NCBI RefSeq assembly: GCF_004010195.1
Contig: NC_057754.1
Location: 9,737,700-9,801,699, forward strand
Reading direction: 5' to 3'
DNA length: 64,000 bases
DNA from: Chiloscyllium plagiosum
Lineage: Eukaryota
Position 1 is the stretch's first letter; each line of letters starts with the position of its first letter. Shown here piece after piece: positions 50,569 to 64,000 of this stretch. A program made the position numbers and the translations under genes. Under the pieces are notes generated by a model. The model did not search any database. It worked only from the letters and a program-made list of their open reading frames with translations, and was not told where the DNA came from.

Positions 50569-52496
50569 TTAAAAATCACACAACACCAGGTTATAGTCCA
50601 ACAGGTTTAATTGGAAGCACACTAGCTTTCGGAGTGTCGCTCCTTCATCAGGTGGTAGTGGAGGGCTCAATCCTATCACATAGAATTTATAGCAAAACTT
50701 TACAGTGTGATGTAACTGAAATTATACATTGAAAAATTGATTGTAAGTTAAGCCTTTCATCTTTTGGAATACCGTGATAATTTCACTTCTTTCATGTGTA
50801 AATCACAAAACCTTTTTTATAAAAAGTTGCATTCTCGGGTTAGCTGTTAACGATGGTGATAGCTAGACAATATGTTGAAGGTGTTGGCCCCCTGTGTTCT
50901 CTGTGGATGCCATGATGTTTAGATTGTTTCTAATCTAAAAAAGTGAGATAACGGAGTTTTACATAAATTCATGCAGTTTTTGAGCTCAGAGTTCTACATG
51001 AATGCATGCAGTTTTTGATCAAAGTACAATGTAACCCTGCAAGTACAAATTCACCCCACAAAATATATGTGTGCATGTGGGTCTTTGTCAGTCTGTGTGC
51101 ATGTGTCTGTCTGGGGTAGGGGTTGTGAGTGTGAGAAAGTGTGTGTGTGTGTGTGTGTAGTGAGTGCAGAGTGTCTTAAGTCTGTGAGGGGGTGCATGTG
51201 TGAGTGTGTTTGTCTGTAAGGGTATGTGTGGGTGTCTGTGTGCACGTCTGTGTATATGTGTGTCCATGTGTATAGGAGTGCCCGTATGTGTGTGCCTGTG
51301 TGTGCTCAGATGAGGAGGAACTTGACGGACACCTGGAAGTACTCAGGGATGCCCTCACAAGAACGGGGTACAATGCCCAACTCATCGACCGCCAGTTCCG
51401 ACGTGCCACAGCAAGGAACCGTAATGACCTCCTCAGGAGACAGACAGGTGCTGCAACCGACAGGATACCCTTCGTTGTTCAGTACTTCCCAGGGGCTGAA
51501 AAATTACGCCATGTTCTTCGTGACCTGCAACACACCGCACAACAATCAACAGACAGGAGCGTTCCCTCCCAGTTGGGGAACACTTCGGTGGTCCAGGACA
51601 TTCAACCTCGGACCTTCAGGTGACCATCCTCCAAGGCGGACTTCGGGACAGGCAGCAGCAAAAAGTGGCTGAGCAGAGGCTGATAGCTAAGTTCGGTACC
51701 CATAGGGAGGGCCTCAACCGGGACCTTGGGTTCATGTCACATTACGGGTGATCACCATTGCACTGTACACACACACACAGATACTCCTACACACACACAC
51801 ACACACGGACACACATATACACTGACACACACACAGACACCCACACACACCCTTACAGAGACATACACTCCCACACTCACACATGCACCCCCTCACAGAC
51901 TTAAGACACTCTGCACTCACTATACACACACACACACTTTCTCACACTCACAACCCCAAACCCAGACAGACACATGCACACAGACAGACAAAGACCCACA
52001 TGCACATATATTTTGTGGGGTGAATTTGTACTTGCAGGGTTACATTGTACTTTGATCAAAAACTGCATGCATTCATGTAAAACTCCGTTATCGCACTTTT
52101 TAGATTAGAATCAATCTAAACATCATGGCATAGACAGAACACAGGGGGCCAACACCTTCAACATATTGTCTAGCTATCACCATTGTTAACAGCTAACCCG
52201 AGAATACAACTTTTTAAAAAGAGGTTTTGTGATTTACACATGAAAGAAGTGAAACTATCACTGTATTCTAACAGATGAAAGGCTTAACAGACAATCAATT
52301 TTTCAATCTATAATTTCAGTTACATCACTGTACATTTTTGCTATAAATTGTGTTAGGATTGAGCCCTCCACTACCACCTGATGAAGGAGCGTCGCTCCGA
52401 AAGCGAGTGTGCTTCCAATTAAACCTGTTGGACTATAACCTGGTGTTGTGTGATTTTTAACTTTGTACACCCCAGTCCAACACCGGCATCTCCAAA
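50569..52496. mobile_element. PLE family B insertion: internally deleted ORF end plus 3' repeat, preceded by a ~730-bp inverted copy
   Basis: TSD ttagtgacagag (50557-50568 / 52497-52508); CSDEEELDGHL...TGY...DRIPFVVQY and EHFGGPGH...EQRLIAKFGTHREGLNRD; 50569-51300 is the reverse complement of ~51760-52460. Confidence 0.92.
50620..50654 (-). ncRNA. Minimal type I hammerhead ribozyme (PLE family B)
   Basis: Minus strand CAC-CTGATGA-A-GGAG(cgaca)CTCC-GAAA-GC-TA-GTG: stem I CAC/GTG, palindromic AGCT helix III, CUA triplet. Confidence 0.75.
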
Positions 52497-52718
52497 TTAG
52501 TGACAGAGAAACTTCATGAGCTCCTCTCACTTGTTGGAGGTGAAGATAGAGGAGACAGGAGAGAAAGAGCCCTTCAAAATTAGTTGACTTTGTTAAAGTA
52601 CCCCAAAATGTATTTGACACATACAGATTTATTTGTAATTTATTAACATCAGGAGAAAAAGCCCTCAAAGAACATTGTTCAGGCATGGATATGATTCAAA
52701 GAAATATCTCATCACTAG

Positions 52719-52892
<174 letters not shown>

Positions 52893-52984
52893 TTAATATG
52901 GAAGGGCAAAATGTGTCAGAGCATGCTTGGAGGACCGAATGGCCTGTTCCTGTGCTGTATTGTTCTTTGTTCTTCTTTATATAC

Positions 52985-55090
52985 CTCCTAAATTCACAGC
53001 CAAATCATTTGTATAAATGACAAAGAGCAGCAGACCCAGCACCGAGTCCTGTGGGACACCACTGGTCACTGACCTCCAGTCCGAAAAGCAAACCTCCACC
53101 ATCACCCTCTGTCTCCTACCTTCTAACCAATTTTGTATCCAGATAGCTAGTTCTCCCTGTATTCCATATGATCTAACTTGTTAACCAGTCTACCATGCGG
53201 AAACTTGTTGAATTCGTTTCTAACGTTCATCAAGATAATGTCCACTATTCTGCCTTTATTAATCCTCCTCATTATTTCTTCAAAAAAAAAACTCAATCAA
53301 GTTAGTGAGAGACGATTTCCCATGCACGAAGCCATGCTGACTATCCTAATCAGTCCCTGCCTTTTCAAGTACATGTGAATCGTGTGCCTCAGAATCTCCC
53401 AACCACTTCCCTACTACTGATATCAGACTCTCCGGTCTGCAGTTCCCTGGCTTTTCCTTACCACCTTTCTTAAACAATGGCAACATGTTAGCCAACCTCC
53501 TGTCTCTGGCACCTCACCCGTAGTTATCAATGATACAAACACTTTAGCAAGACGCCCAGCAATCACTTCCGTAGCTTCCCACAAAGTTCTAGGGTACACC
53601 TGATCTGGTCCCAGGGATTTATCCATTTTTGTGCATTTTAAGACATGCAGCGTCTTCTCCTCTGTAATATGGACACTTTTCAAGATATTGCTGTTTATTT
53701 CCCAAGGTCTCCAGCTTCCAGATCATTCTCCACAGTAAACACTGATGCAGAATAGTAATTTAGTATCTCACCCAGCTCCTGCGGCTCCACACACAACTGA
53801 CTTAGCTGAACTTTAAGGGAATCAAGATCAGAGTGGTGCTGGAAAAGCACAGGTCAGGCAGCATCCAAGGAACAGGAAAATTGATATTTCAGGAAAAAGC
53901 CCTTCATCAGGAAGAGCTTGTTCTTTAAGGGACCCCATTCTCTCCCTAGTTACTTTTTTGTCCTTAATGTATTTGTAAAAGCCCTCTGGATTCTCCTTAA
54001 CCCTATTTGCCAAAGCTATCTCATGTCCCCTTTTTGTCCCCCGATTTCCCTCTTAAGTATATTCTTACTGCCATTGTACTTGTCAAGACACTAACTCTAT
54101 TTCTGCTGTCTAAACCTGATATATACTTCCTTCTTTTTCTTGACCAGAACTTCAATTTCTCTCATCATCCAGCACTCCCTACACCTACCAGCTTTGCCCT
54201 TCACCCCAACAGGGACATACTGTTCCCAGACTCCCATTGTCTAATTTTTGAAGGCTTCCCACATAGCAGCCATCCTTTTACCTGTGAACATCCGGCCCCA
54301 ATCAACTTTTGAAAGTCTTGTCGACTGTTGTGAAAATTGGCCTTTCTTCAATCTAAAACTCTGACTTTTAGAAAAGATGTATCCTTTTCTATAACTAATT
54401 TAAAAAAATAATAGAATTATGATCACTTTCCATAAAGGGCTCAGTGGTTAGCACTGCTGCCTCACAGCTCCAGATACCCGGGTTCGATTCCAGCCTTGGC
54501 CGATTGTCTATGTGGAGTTTGCACATTCTCCACGTGTCTGTATGGGTTTCCTCTGGGTGCTCCAGTTTCCTCCCAAAGTCCAAAGATGTTCAGGTTAGGT
54601 TGATTGGCCGTGCTAAATTGCCCATAGTGTGCAGGCTAGGTGGGTTAGCTATGGGTAATGCAGGGTTATGGAGGTAGGGGGTGGGTATGGGGGTGGGGGT
54701 GAGGACAATGTTCTTTAGAGGGTCAGTGTGGACTCGATGACCAAATGACCTGCTTCCACACTATAGGGATTCCATGGAAGTGCTCCCCGGCTGACACCTC
54801 AGTCACTTGTCCAGCCTTATTTCCCAAGACTCAGTCACATACTGCTCCATCCACATACTGAATAAAGACAATTTCTTCTACTTATAACAAATTCCTCTCC
54901 ATCTGATCCCTTAACACTATGGCAGTCCCAGTCTATGTTTGGAAAGTTATAATTCCCTACCATTACCATCCTATTATTCTTATAGATAACTGAGATCTCC
55001 TTACCAATTGGCTTCTCAATTTCCTGCTGACTATTGACGGTTCTATCCCAACAAGGTAATCATCCCTTTCTTATTTTTCAGTTATGTAAT
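52985..55090 (-). mobile_element. CR1 LINE (EN to RT) with nested PLE arm (53821-53922, TSD ctttaaggga) and HE1 SINE (54437-54773, plus)
   Basis: DKSLGPDQVYPRTLWEA, ENPEGFYKYIK, SDHNSI; SINE boxes present. Confidence 0.88.
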
Positions 55091-55689
55091 TTAACCCCAC
55101 TTTCTTGTCTTTCCCAAAGTTCTTCATTTTTTACCAGTTAAAGTGCTAATCCATTTTGAAAGGTTTGGCTGAATTTGCTTCCTGCACCTTTTTCAGGCAG
55201 CATCTTCTTTATCATCATCATAATTGGCAGTGATTTAACTGAAACTTTTCCTGTCTGCTTCCCCCACACAATAGATACTGCCTTCTTCTTATTGAGAGAA
55301 TGAGAGACCTTGAAGAGATCACAGACATCACAAGTGGTGAGGTCATGGAGGGAACTGCAATAAGTGAGAATTTCAAAGGCCGGAGCCACCATTACGGAAA
55401 GGAATTCTCTTTAAACAATAAACGTGCAGAGAAGTGAGAGGGAATTCATGCTGTTGGTGTAATTTTACACCACAGCCGACCATCTAGTCAACTCAGCTAA
55501 TGGGAATGAATAACCTTTAAATCATAGGTCACTCTGCACAGAAGTATCTGAAACAAACAACAGGAGCTCCAGAAAGAAAAAAAAAACAAAATATCATTCA
55601 AACCTTTTGTTGAACTATTTTGTCAGCACAACAAATCTCTCGCTAAATGTGATAAGACAAATAATTTACTGGAAACTCACATTGACTGA

Positions 55690-55905
55690 CCAACTCTGGT
55701 TTCAGCTCTCAATCTCTGCAATCCTGACAGAACTTGTACTCTATGCAGCTTTCTCCCCACCCCCACCCTCCTCTATCTTATCTCTCCATGCTTCAGGCTC
55801 ATTGCCTTTATTCCTGATGAAGGGCTTTTGTCCGAAACATCGATTTCGCTGCTCCTTGGATGCTGCCTGAACTGCTGTGCTCTTCCAGCACCACCAGTCC
55901 AGAAC
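55690..55905 (+). mobile_element. PLE family A 3' terminus with degenerate hammerhead
   Basis: attcctgatgaagggcttttgtccgaaacatcgatt...gatgctgcctga. Confidence 0.75.
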
Positions 55906-56097
55906 TTGCTACTGCCTTGTTCCCCTGGCCTCCTCTTCCTGTGGGTTCTCAGTGAAGGCAATTTTCACCCAGTCACAGAGAGTTCAAGATAGTCAGTCCT
56001 CACATGCCAACATGAGAGTTCAAGGGCTCAGAAGAAATAAATAAAAACCGGCACTGAATCTGAGTTGGGAGAAACAAGGAATGAAACAGGATCCAGG

Positions 56098-56417
56098 AGG
56101 CACGGTGGCACAGTGGTTAGCACTGCTGCCTCACAGCGCCAGAGAGCCAGATTCAATTCCCGCCTCAGGCGACTGACTGTGTGGAGTTTGCACATTCTCC
56201 CCGTGTCTGCGTGGGTTTCCTCCGGGTGCTCCGGTTTCCTCCCACAGTCCAAAAATGTGCAGGTTAGGTGAATTTGCTATGCTAAATTGCTCGTAGTGTT
56301 CGGCGAAGGGGTTAATGTAGAGGAATGGGTGTGGGCACGTTGCGCTTCGGTGGGTCGGTGTGGACTTGTTGGGCCAAAGGGCCTGTTTCCACACTGTAGG
56401 TATTCTAATCTAATCTA
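56098..56417 (+). mobile_element. HE1-like SINE (young-looking, CpGs retained)
   Basis: ggcacggtggcacagtggttagcactgctgcctcacagcgccag...tttccacactgtagg with a ctaat-repeat tail. Confidence 0.92.
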
Positions 56418-56759
56418 AGTCCCAGACAGATGGTGAGGTTCTGTCCTTTCAATGAAGAAGTAATCAGGCTAATACCCTGCCAATACAAATCTCACGGCCC
56501 GTGGAATCTGAATTCAAATAATGCATCTGGATTATTAAACTGGCCTTAATAATAATGAAACTCCCATCAAGTCCTTTTAAAAAAATCTGGTTTACTGACA
56601 GCGTCTGACGATGGAAATCTGCCGTCCTTACCTGATCTGGCCTACATGTTACTGCAGACCCACAACAATGCTATCGATCTGTTAGCTGCTCAATTAAACC
56701 GTCTGGAGTGTCACTCAATTCAAAAGCTGGGCGACAATGTGAATGGTCTCCCCCAGTCC

Positions 56760-56960
56760 CAATGCAGCCTCAGGACAGCGCCTTTCTCAGCGCCGCTTCT
56801 GCCGAGATCGAGTCACAACAAAGGAACCCCCACAATGCCCCGCGCCTGGCCTGGGGGAGCATGCGCATTCCAGGCTTCTTGGGGAAACGAAGGCAGAGGA
56901 TAGAACCATTTCTGCCGCGTGAGGGATTGTGGGAAATTAAGTCGCCATTAGTTTAAAAAT
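56760..56960. promoter_or_regulatory. Possible third CpG promoter
   Basis: Local CpG enrichment outside recognisable repeats; gcatgcgca (NRF1-like) and cgccatt (YY1-like). Confidence 0.35.
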
Positions 56961-57639
56961 ACCCCTTTTTATAAGATTGCCCCAACATCCAGCCTTTCTG
57001 CAAGTAACACATTAAAGAGCAGAGACAACGCAAATTTATGCGTCCACTAACCAGACATATTGGCGTTTTTCCTTGTACTCAGACTCACAGATACTGACCA
57101 CAGAGAGGACAAAAAAAAGATACAAAATAAACAAACACATGACTGGCGTTATCAATGTGGAAATCGGCCACTTCTCTGCTGCAGCAAAAATTGCCGGTCG
57201 TATGGAAATACGATGAAGGAATAGAAAAAGAAACTGATTGCAGAAGTATAACAAAGGTGTCACATTATCACGTTGTGAGGTGAATCGCTCTGATTGCTAT
57301 CCAAGTAGCATTAGCTTTAATGGTTTACTTGAGATTCGCCTTTGCAAATTATTTTCTGGCAATTTACTTTTTCTGATAAAAGATTTAAGCTACATTAAGA
57401 TGGCCATCAAAAGAAAATTTATGATTCACTGAATTCAGTTTGTAACAGGAATTACCTGTCTCCCCTGGTCATTTCACTTATTGAAAAGTATTAATACAAC
57501 AAATAGTAAAAGAGAGTCTAGTTAAATTACCTTGCCAAAGTCTTGAATCTTATTTAAAATTGACAACATTTTTTTCTTTGAGATTTGTTATGATGTATTT
57601 ATTCTGCAGATTATCTGCCAGAAAAGTGACAGACACTGA

Positions 57640-59960
57640 GAGTCATAGAGATGTGCAGCACGGAAACACACCCTTTAGTCCAACTCATCCATGCCGACCA
57701 GGTATCCTAACCTAATCTAGTCCCATTTGCCAGCACTTGGCCCATATCCCTCTAAACCTTTCCAATTCATATACCCATCCAGATGCCTTATAAGCTCACA
57801 TTTATCTAAATCAAACTCCATCTGCCACTCCTCAGCCGATTGGCCCACCTGATCAAGATCCTGTTGTACTCTGAGGTCACTTCCTTTGCTGTCCACTATA
57901 CTTCTAATTTTGGTGTCATCTGCAAACTCTCTTAGGTTCACATCCAAACCATTTATATAAATGATGAAAAGCAGTTGACCCCGCACCAAATCTCACGGTC
58001 AATCACTGGTCACAGGTCTCCAGTCTGAAAAGCTACCCTCCACCACGACCCTCTGTCTTCTACCTTTGAGCCAGTTCAGTATCCAAATGACTAGTCCCTC
58101 CAGTATCCCTTGTGATCTAACCTTGCTAACCAGTTTGCCATGAGGAATCTTGTCGAATGCCTTATTGAAGTCCATGGAGATCACATCCACCAATCTGCTG
58201 TCATCAATCTCTTTGACATTTCAGAACACTCAATCAGGTTAGTGACATGATTTCCCACACACAAAGCCATGTTGACTATCCCTACATATGTAAATCCTGT
58301 CCCTCAGGATTCCCTCCAACAATTTGTCCACCACTGATGTCAGCTCACTGGTCTAAAGTTCCCTGGCTTTTCTTTACCACCTTTCTTAAATAGTGACACT
58401 ATGTTAGCCTGCCTCCAGTCTTCCAGCACCTGTGACTATTGATAATCCAAATACCTCAGCAAGGGGCCCACAAATCACTTCCCTAGATTCCCACAGAGTT
58501 CTAGGGTACACCTGATCAGGTTCTGGGGAATTTTCCACCCTTTATGCATTTTAAGACATCAGCATCTCATCCCTTATAATATCGACATTTTTCAAGATGC
58601 CACTATCTACTTCCCCACATTCTGTATCTTCCATGTTCTTTTCCGCTATAAACACTGACACGAAATACTCATTTAGCATCTCCCCCATTTTCTGCGGTTC
58701 CACACATAGGCTGCCCTGCTGATCTTTGAAGATGTTCTATTCTCTCCCTAGTTACCCTTTTGTCCTTATAAAATCCCTTTGGATTCACCTAACCCTACTT
58801 GCCAAAGCTATCTCATGAACCATTTTGTCCTCCTGATTTCCCTCTCAGTATACTCTTACTGCCATTGTACCTGTCTAGACATTCACTCGATCTCTGCCAG
58901 CTATATCTCACACATGCTTCCTTCTTTTTCTTGACCAAAACCTTAATTTGTCTAGTTATGCAACATTCCCTACACCTACCAGTTTTTCTTCCCTCCCTAA
59001 CAGGAACAGACTGTCTCTGGACTCTTCTTATCTCCTTTCTGTTGGCTTCTCATTTTCCAGCCATCCCTTTACCAGCAAACATCTGCCCCCAGTTAGCTTT
59101 TGGAAGTTCTTGCCTAATACCATCAAAATTGGCCTTCCTCCAAACTAGATCTTCAGCTTTTAGATCATGTCTATCCTGTACCATCACTATTTAAACATTT
59201 TTAGAATTATGGTCGCTGGCCCCTAAGTGCTCCCTCACTGACACTTCAGTCACTTGCCCTGCCTTATTTCCAAGAGTAGGTCGAGTTTTGCACCTTCTCT
59301 AGTAGGTACATCCACATACTGAATCAGAAAATTGTCTTGTACACACTTAAATTCCTCTCCATCTAAACCTGAACACTACCCTGCCATTACGACCCAATTA
59401 TTCCTACAGAGAATTCCTTACAAATTTGTTTCTCAGTTTGCTGCTGACTATCCATGCATAGGCTGTGTAGATAGCCTATCCACACATAGCCTGCTAACTA
59501 TAGATTGTATCTATAGTACAATCTCAATAAGGTGATCAACCCTTTCTTCTTTCTCAGTTCCACCTAACTAACTTCCCTGTATGTATTCCCAGGAATATCC
59601 TCTCTAAGTACAGCTGTAATGCTGTCCCTTATCAAAAATGCCGCTCCCCCTTCTCTCTTGCCCCCCTCCCCCTTTCTATCTTTCCTATATTATTTGTATG
59701 CTGAAACATTAAGCTAACAGTCATTTCCATCTGTGAGCCACGTCTCTGTAATTGTTATGATATCTCAGTCCTATGTTCCAAACCATGACCTGAGTACATC
59801 TGCCTTCTGTGTTAGGCTTCTTGCATTGAAATAAATGGAGTTCAATTTATCAGTCCTACCTTATTCTCTGCTTTGTCCCTGCCTGCCCTGACTGTTTGAC
59901 TTGCTCCTTTCCCAGCTGTACCAGTCTCAGACTGATTGCTTTCCTCACTATCTCCCTGGT
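57640..59960 (-). mobile_element. CR1 LINE, internally deleted (EN-RT-3' end)
   Basis: DFNKAFDKIPH, FADDTKI fused directly to RHLDGYMNWKG. Confidence 0.88.
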
Positions 59961-60199
59961 AGCATGGAAATTCTCCCTAATCCTCCACATTCAACAGGAA
60001 GAGTATATCACTCTACTAAGGGTCATCTTTGCACCTTAACATTATGGCAGTTCAATATTGCATTTTTTGGGGGAAAAATGTCATCCATGGGATATGGACA
60101 TATTTGGGTCAGTGTTTGTTGCCCATCCCTAGATGACCCTGAGAAGACGGTGGTAACCTACTTTGTTGTAGTATATTCTGCAAGGATAGATACAAAAAG

Positions 60200-60485
60200 C
60201 AAAGGCAATAATCTGGTGCTATTATCCCCAGACTGTTCAGAGAACTATGTAATATTCTGGTGGACCTGAATTTGAATCCTGTCATGATGCGGGTGAAATA
60301 AAAATATGGAGTTAAAACGTAATCATTGTCAGGGAAAAGCCCACCTGGGTTACAAAGGAGGCTGTTATCCTTACTTGATCTGGCATGTGACTTCAGAACC
60401 ATTGCAATGTGGCTATCTTTGAACTGCCCTCTGGGATGGGCAATAGTTGCTGGCCTATACATTACCCACAAATTAATAATAAAAA
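60200..60485 (+). mobile_element. Old tRNA-derived SINE of a second family (SacSINE/DeuSINE-like); a relative lies at ~56420-56750
   Basis: Shared tccttac.tgatctggc...gac.cagacc...caatg...gggcaata core and an A-rich tail. Confidence 0.5.
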
Positions 60486-60598
60486 TGTCATGGGATTCAA
60501 ATAACAGACCTCCAACAAACACACCCAAATTCCATGACTCCAACCAAAAGGTTTCTTACAGTGTCTATTGACCCTGTTTTACTAGTGCTCCTGGTAAC

Positions 60599-61230
60599 TG
60601 TTAGAAACAAAATTCAATAAAATTTAGACGAGACCACCAAAACTGAAAACAAGACAATTTATTACGAACTTGCAAGTAAGGGCTTCAATTGCATAAGCAA
60701 ATGAAAGCAAATTAGAACTTAGGTTATTGTACAGTTATACCCTTTGAGCTGAGTGAGGTCATCTCTCCAGACTCCTGATGGCCCAATCTCTCTTACTATT
60801 TCGCCTCTACCCATCCATGCTCCACGCCCATTGCCCCTTTCTTTCCAAGTTGGCAATTTCCCCCTTGCACGTGCTGTCATAAGGCTAAACTCTTATCTCG
60901 ATGTTCCCCTTTGTAACTTCTTTCATTATCCATAGGTACATTCCATTCTTGTACATATATCTTAACAATGTATCTTTTTCAAGCTTCTCTTATATGTTTC
61001 AGTTATCTTAGCTTTTTGCTGAAACTGTTGTTTTAAACATTATGGTAAAAGGAATTATTTCCTTTAATAAATCTACATTAAAGTTAGTACTTAATTATTC
61101 ATAATTATGCACTGAAAAGTAGAGATACTCTTCCCTAAATACCTGCAGAGTTAATAGTTCTTTTGCTGTACCCCTTTTCTGTATGCTTTTTCTATATCTG
61201 CAAAAACAACACTTTTCCCCATTTCTAACA
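60599..61230 (-). mobile_element. Solo LTR of the tRNA-Pro ERV family (632 bp)
   Basis: 9-bp terminal inverted repeat tgttagaaa...tttctaaca; 4-bp TSD taac (60595-60598 / 61231-61234); reverse complement aligns with 32753-34648. Confidence 0.92.
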
Positions 61231-61489
61231 TAACCATTACCATTCAACAGCAACAGAGCTGTAATGGCTTGCTGAGTGGGATTTTCACTTTTATCTGACA
61301 GCACATGTAATAGGCTTCTTCATCTTACCGACTGCTTCATTGCTGATAGTGAGGTAACCTATTTCTTGAGACTTGTCAGCAACTGTCATGAAAATTTAGT
61401 TCTCCAGATTGCTTATAATCCAGTCTGGTTTCATGCCAATTTCTGTTGATACCATTTGGTTGTATAAATATCTGCCGTCAACATCTCTT

Positions 61490-64000
61490 ACTGCAGGGAG
61501 AGCAAGCACATTGTGACTTCACTCAATTCAGGAGGACAGACCGATTATGACCTCACTCACTGCAGGGGGACAATCCCAGTGTGACCTTACTCACTGCACT
61601 GGGACCCTCCTACTGTGACCTTACCCTCTTCATTGGGACTGTCTCGTTGTGACCTCACTCACTGCAGAGGGACAATCTCATTGTGACATTATTCACTGCA
61701 GGGGGACAGTCTCATTGTGACATTACTCACTGCAGAGGGATATTCTCATTGTGACCTTACTCACTGCAGGAGGCCAATCCCATTGTGACCTCACTCACTG
61801 TAAGGGGACAGTCTTATTATGACATCACTCACTGCAGAGGGACGGTCCCATTTTGACCTCAGTCACTGCAGGGGGACAGTCTCATTGTGACATTACTCAC
61901 TGCAGGGGGACAGTCTCATTGTGACATTACTCACTGAAGAGGGACAGTCTCATTGTGACATTACTCACTGCAGAGGGACAGTCTCATTGTGACCTCACTC
62001 ACTTCAGAGGGACAGTTGCTTTGTGACATTTCTCACTGCAGAGGGTCAGTCCCATTGTGACCTCACTCACTGTAGAGGGACAGACTCATTGTGACATCAC
62101 TCATTGCAGAGGGAAGTCTCATTGTGGCATGACTCACTGCAGAGGAACAGTCTCATTGTGAAATGACTCACTGCAGAGGGACAGTCTTATTTTGGCGTCA
62201 CTCACTGCAGGGGTTCAGTCCCATTGTGACCTTACTGACTGCAGAGGGACAATCTCATTGTGGCATCACTGACTACACAGAGACAATCCCATTGTGACCT
62301 TACTCACTGCAGAGGGACAGTCTCATTGTGGCATCACTGACTACACAGAGACAATCCCATTGTGACCTTACTCACTGCAGAGGGACAGTCTCATTGTGAC
62401 TTCACTCACTGCAGAGGGACAGTCTTATTGTGACATCACTCACTGCAGGGGGTAAGTCTCATTGTGATCTCACTCAGAGGGACTGTCTCATTGTGACATG
62501 ACTCACTGCAGAGGAACAGTCTTATTGTGACCTTACTCACTGCAGAGGGGAAGTCACATTGTGACCTTATTCACTGCAGAGGGACAGTCTCATTGTGACC
62601 TCACTCACCTCAGAGGGACTGTCCCATTGTGACCTTATTCACTGTAGAGGGACAGTCCCATTCTGACCTTACTCACTGCAGAGGGACAGTCTCATTGTGA
62701 CCTTATTCACTTTAGAGCGACAGTCCCATTGTGACCTTACTGACTGCAGAGGGACAATCTCATTGTGGCATCACTGACTGCAGAGACACAGTATCACTGT
62801 GACCTCACTCACTGCAGAGGAACAGTCTCGTTGTGACATCACTCACTGAAGAGGGACAATCTCATTTGACTTCACTCACTGCAGAGGGACAGTCTCATTG
62901 TGACATCACTCACTGCAGAGGGAAGTCTCATTGTGACATGACTCACTGCAGAGGGACAGTCTTATTGTGACCTCACTCACTGCAGATGGGCAGTCACATT
63001 GTGACCTCACTCACTGCAGAGGGGAAGTCTTATTGTGACATCACTCACTGGAGGGGGTCAGTCTCATTGAGACCTTACTCACTACTGAGAGACAGTCTTA
63101 TGGTGATGTCACTCACTGCAGAGAGACAGTCTCATTGTGACTTCACTCACTGCAGAGAGACAGTCTCATTGTGACCTCACTCACTACAGAGCGACAGTCT
63201 CATTGTGACATGACTCACTGCAGAGAGACAATCTTATTGTGACATGGCTCACTGCAGAGGGACAATCTCATTGTGGCATTGCTTAATGCAGAGGGACAGT
63301 CTCATTGTGACCTTACCCGCTGCAGGGGAACAGTTCCATTGTGACATTACTCACCGTAGGAGGCCAGTCCCATTTTGACATTATTCACTGCAGGGGGACA
63401 ATCCCATTGTGACCTCAGTCACTGCAGAGGGGCAGTCCCAATGTGACCTCGATCACTGCAGAGGGATACTCCCATTGTGACCTTACTCACTGCAGGGGGA
63501 CAATCCCAGTGTGCAGAGGGACAGTCCTATTGTGTCCTCACTTACTGCAGAGGGACAGTCTCATTGTGACATTTCTCACTGCAGAGGGACAGTCTCATTG
63601 TGATCTTACCCGCTGCAGGGGGACCATTCCATTGTGACATTACTCACCGCAGGAGGACAGTCTCATTATGACCTCACTCAATGCAGAGGGACAGTCTCTT
63701 TGTGACATGACTGACTGTAGATAGACAGTCCTATTGTGACCTCATTCACTGCAGAGGGACAGCACCATTGTGACCTTACTGCAGGGTTCAGTCCCAAAGT
63801 GACATTACTCACTGCAAGGGGATAGTCCCATTGTGAACTCACTCACTGCAGAGGGACAGTCTCATTGTGACATGAGTCACTGCAGATAGGCAGTCCCATT
63901 GTGACCTCACTCACTGCAGAGGGACAGTACCATTGTGACCTCACTCACTGTAGATGGACCATATAATTGTGACGTTACTCACTGCAGGGGGTCAGTCCCA
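61490..64000. repeat. 34-bp tandem satellite/minisatellite (~74 units, runs off the window)
   Basis: Consensus approximately cactgcagagggacagtctcattgtgacctcact; period measured from 61864 to 61898. Confidence 0.97.

Noticed and set aside
56098..56170. tRNA genes
   Set aside because: The A/B boxes belong to SINE heads that continue into the V-domain and LINE tail; no full cloverleaf.
61490..64000. CRISPR array
   Set aside because: Units are contiguous 34-bp repeats with no unique spacers, there are no cas genes, and the context is vertebrate.
61490..64000. V(D)J recombination signals (cattgtg = CACAATG on the minus strand)
   Set aside because: No nonamer at 12/23 spacing and no V/J segments nearby.
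61490..64000. Satellite as a coding or ZNF-derived repeat
   Set aside because: The 34-bp period is not a multiple of 3, stops are frequent, and it does not match the 84-bp finger unit.

Overview
This is eukaryotic, repeat-dominated vertebrate DNA. The HE1-type V-SINEs, HER1/CR1 LINEs and ZNF style point to a shark or other elasmobranch (inference). The host content is a tandem cluster of C2H2 zinc-finger genes with no visible KRAB/SCAN domain, mostly on the minus strand. It has two long ORFs (6 fingers at 7980-8637; 10 fingers at 47890-48807), several decayed paralogues, and two or three YY1/NRF1/CCAAT-type CpG promoters. These sit among nested retroelements: many CR1 fragments, a Rex1/Babar LINE, Tx1-like LINEs, Gypsy-type LTRs (one with a tRNA-Ser PBS), and a gamma/epsilon-like ERV (5' LTR, tRNA-Pro PBS, gag remnant) with a matching solo LTR. 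Numerous Penelope-like element (PLE) insertions carry minimal type I hammerhead ribozymes at their termini. Many of these are short, TSD-flanked fold-back hairpins, one of them a perfect 240-bp palindrome. The last ~2.5 kb is a 34-bp satellite. There is an assembly gap at 33534-33845. Repeat boundaries were read by eye and are approximate unless a TSD is given.
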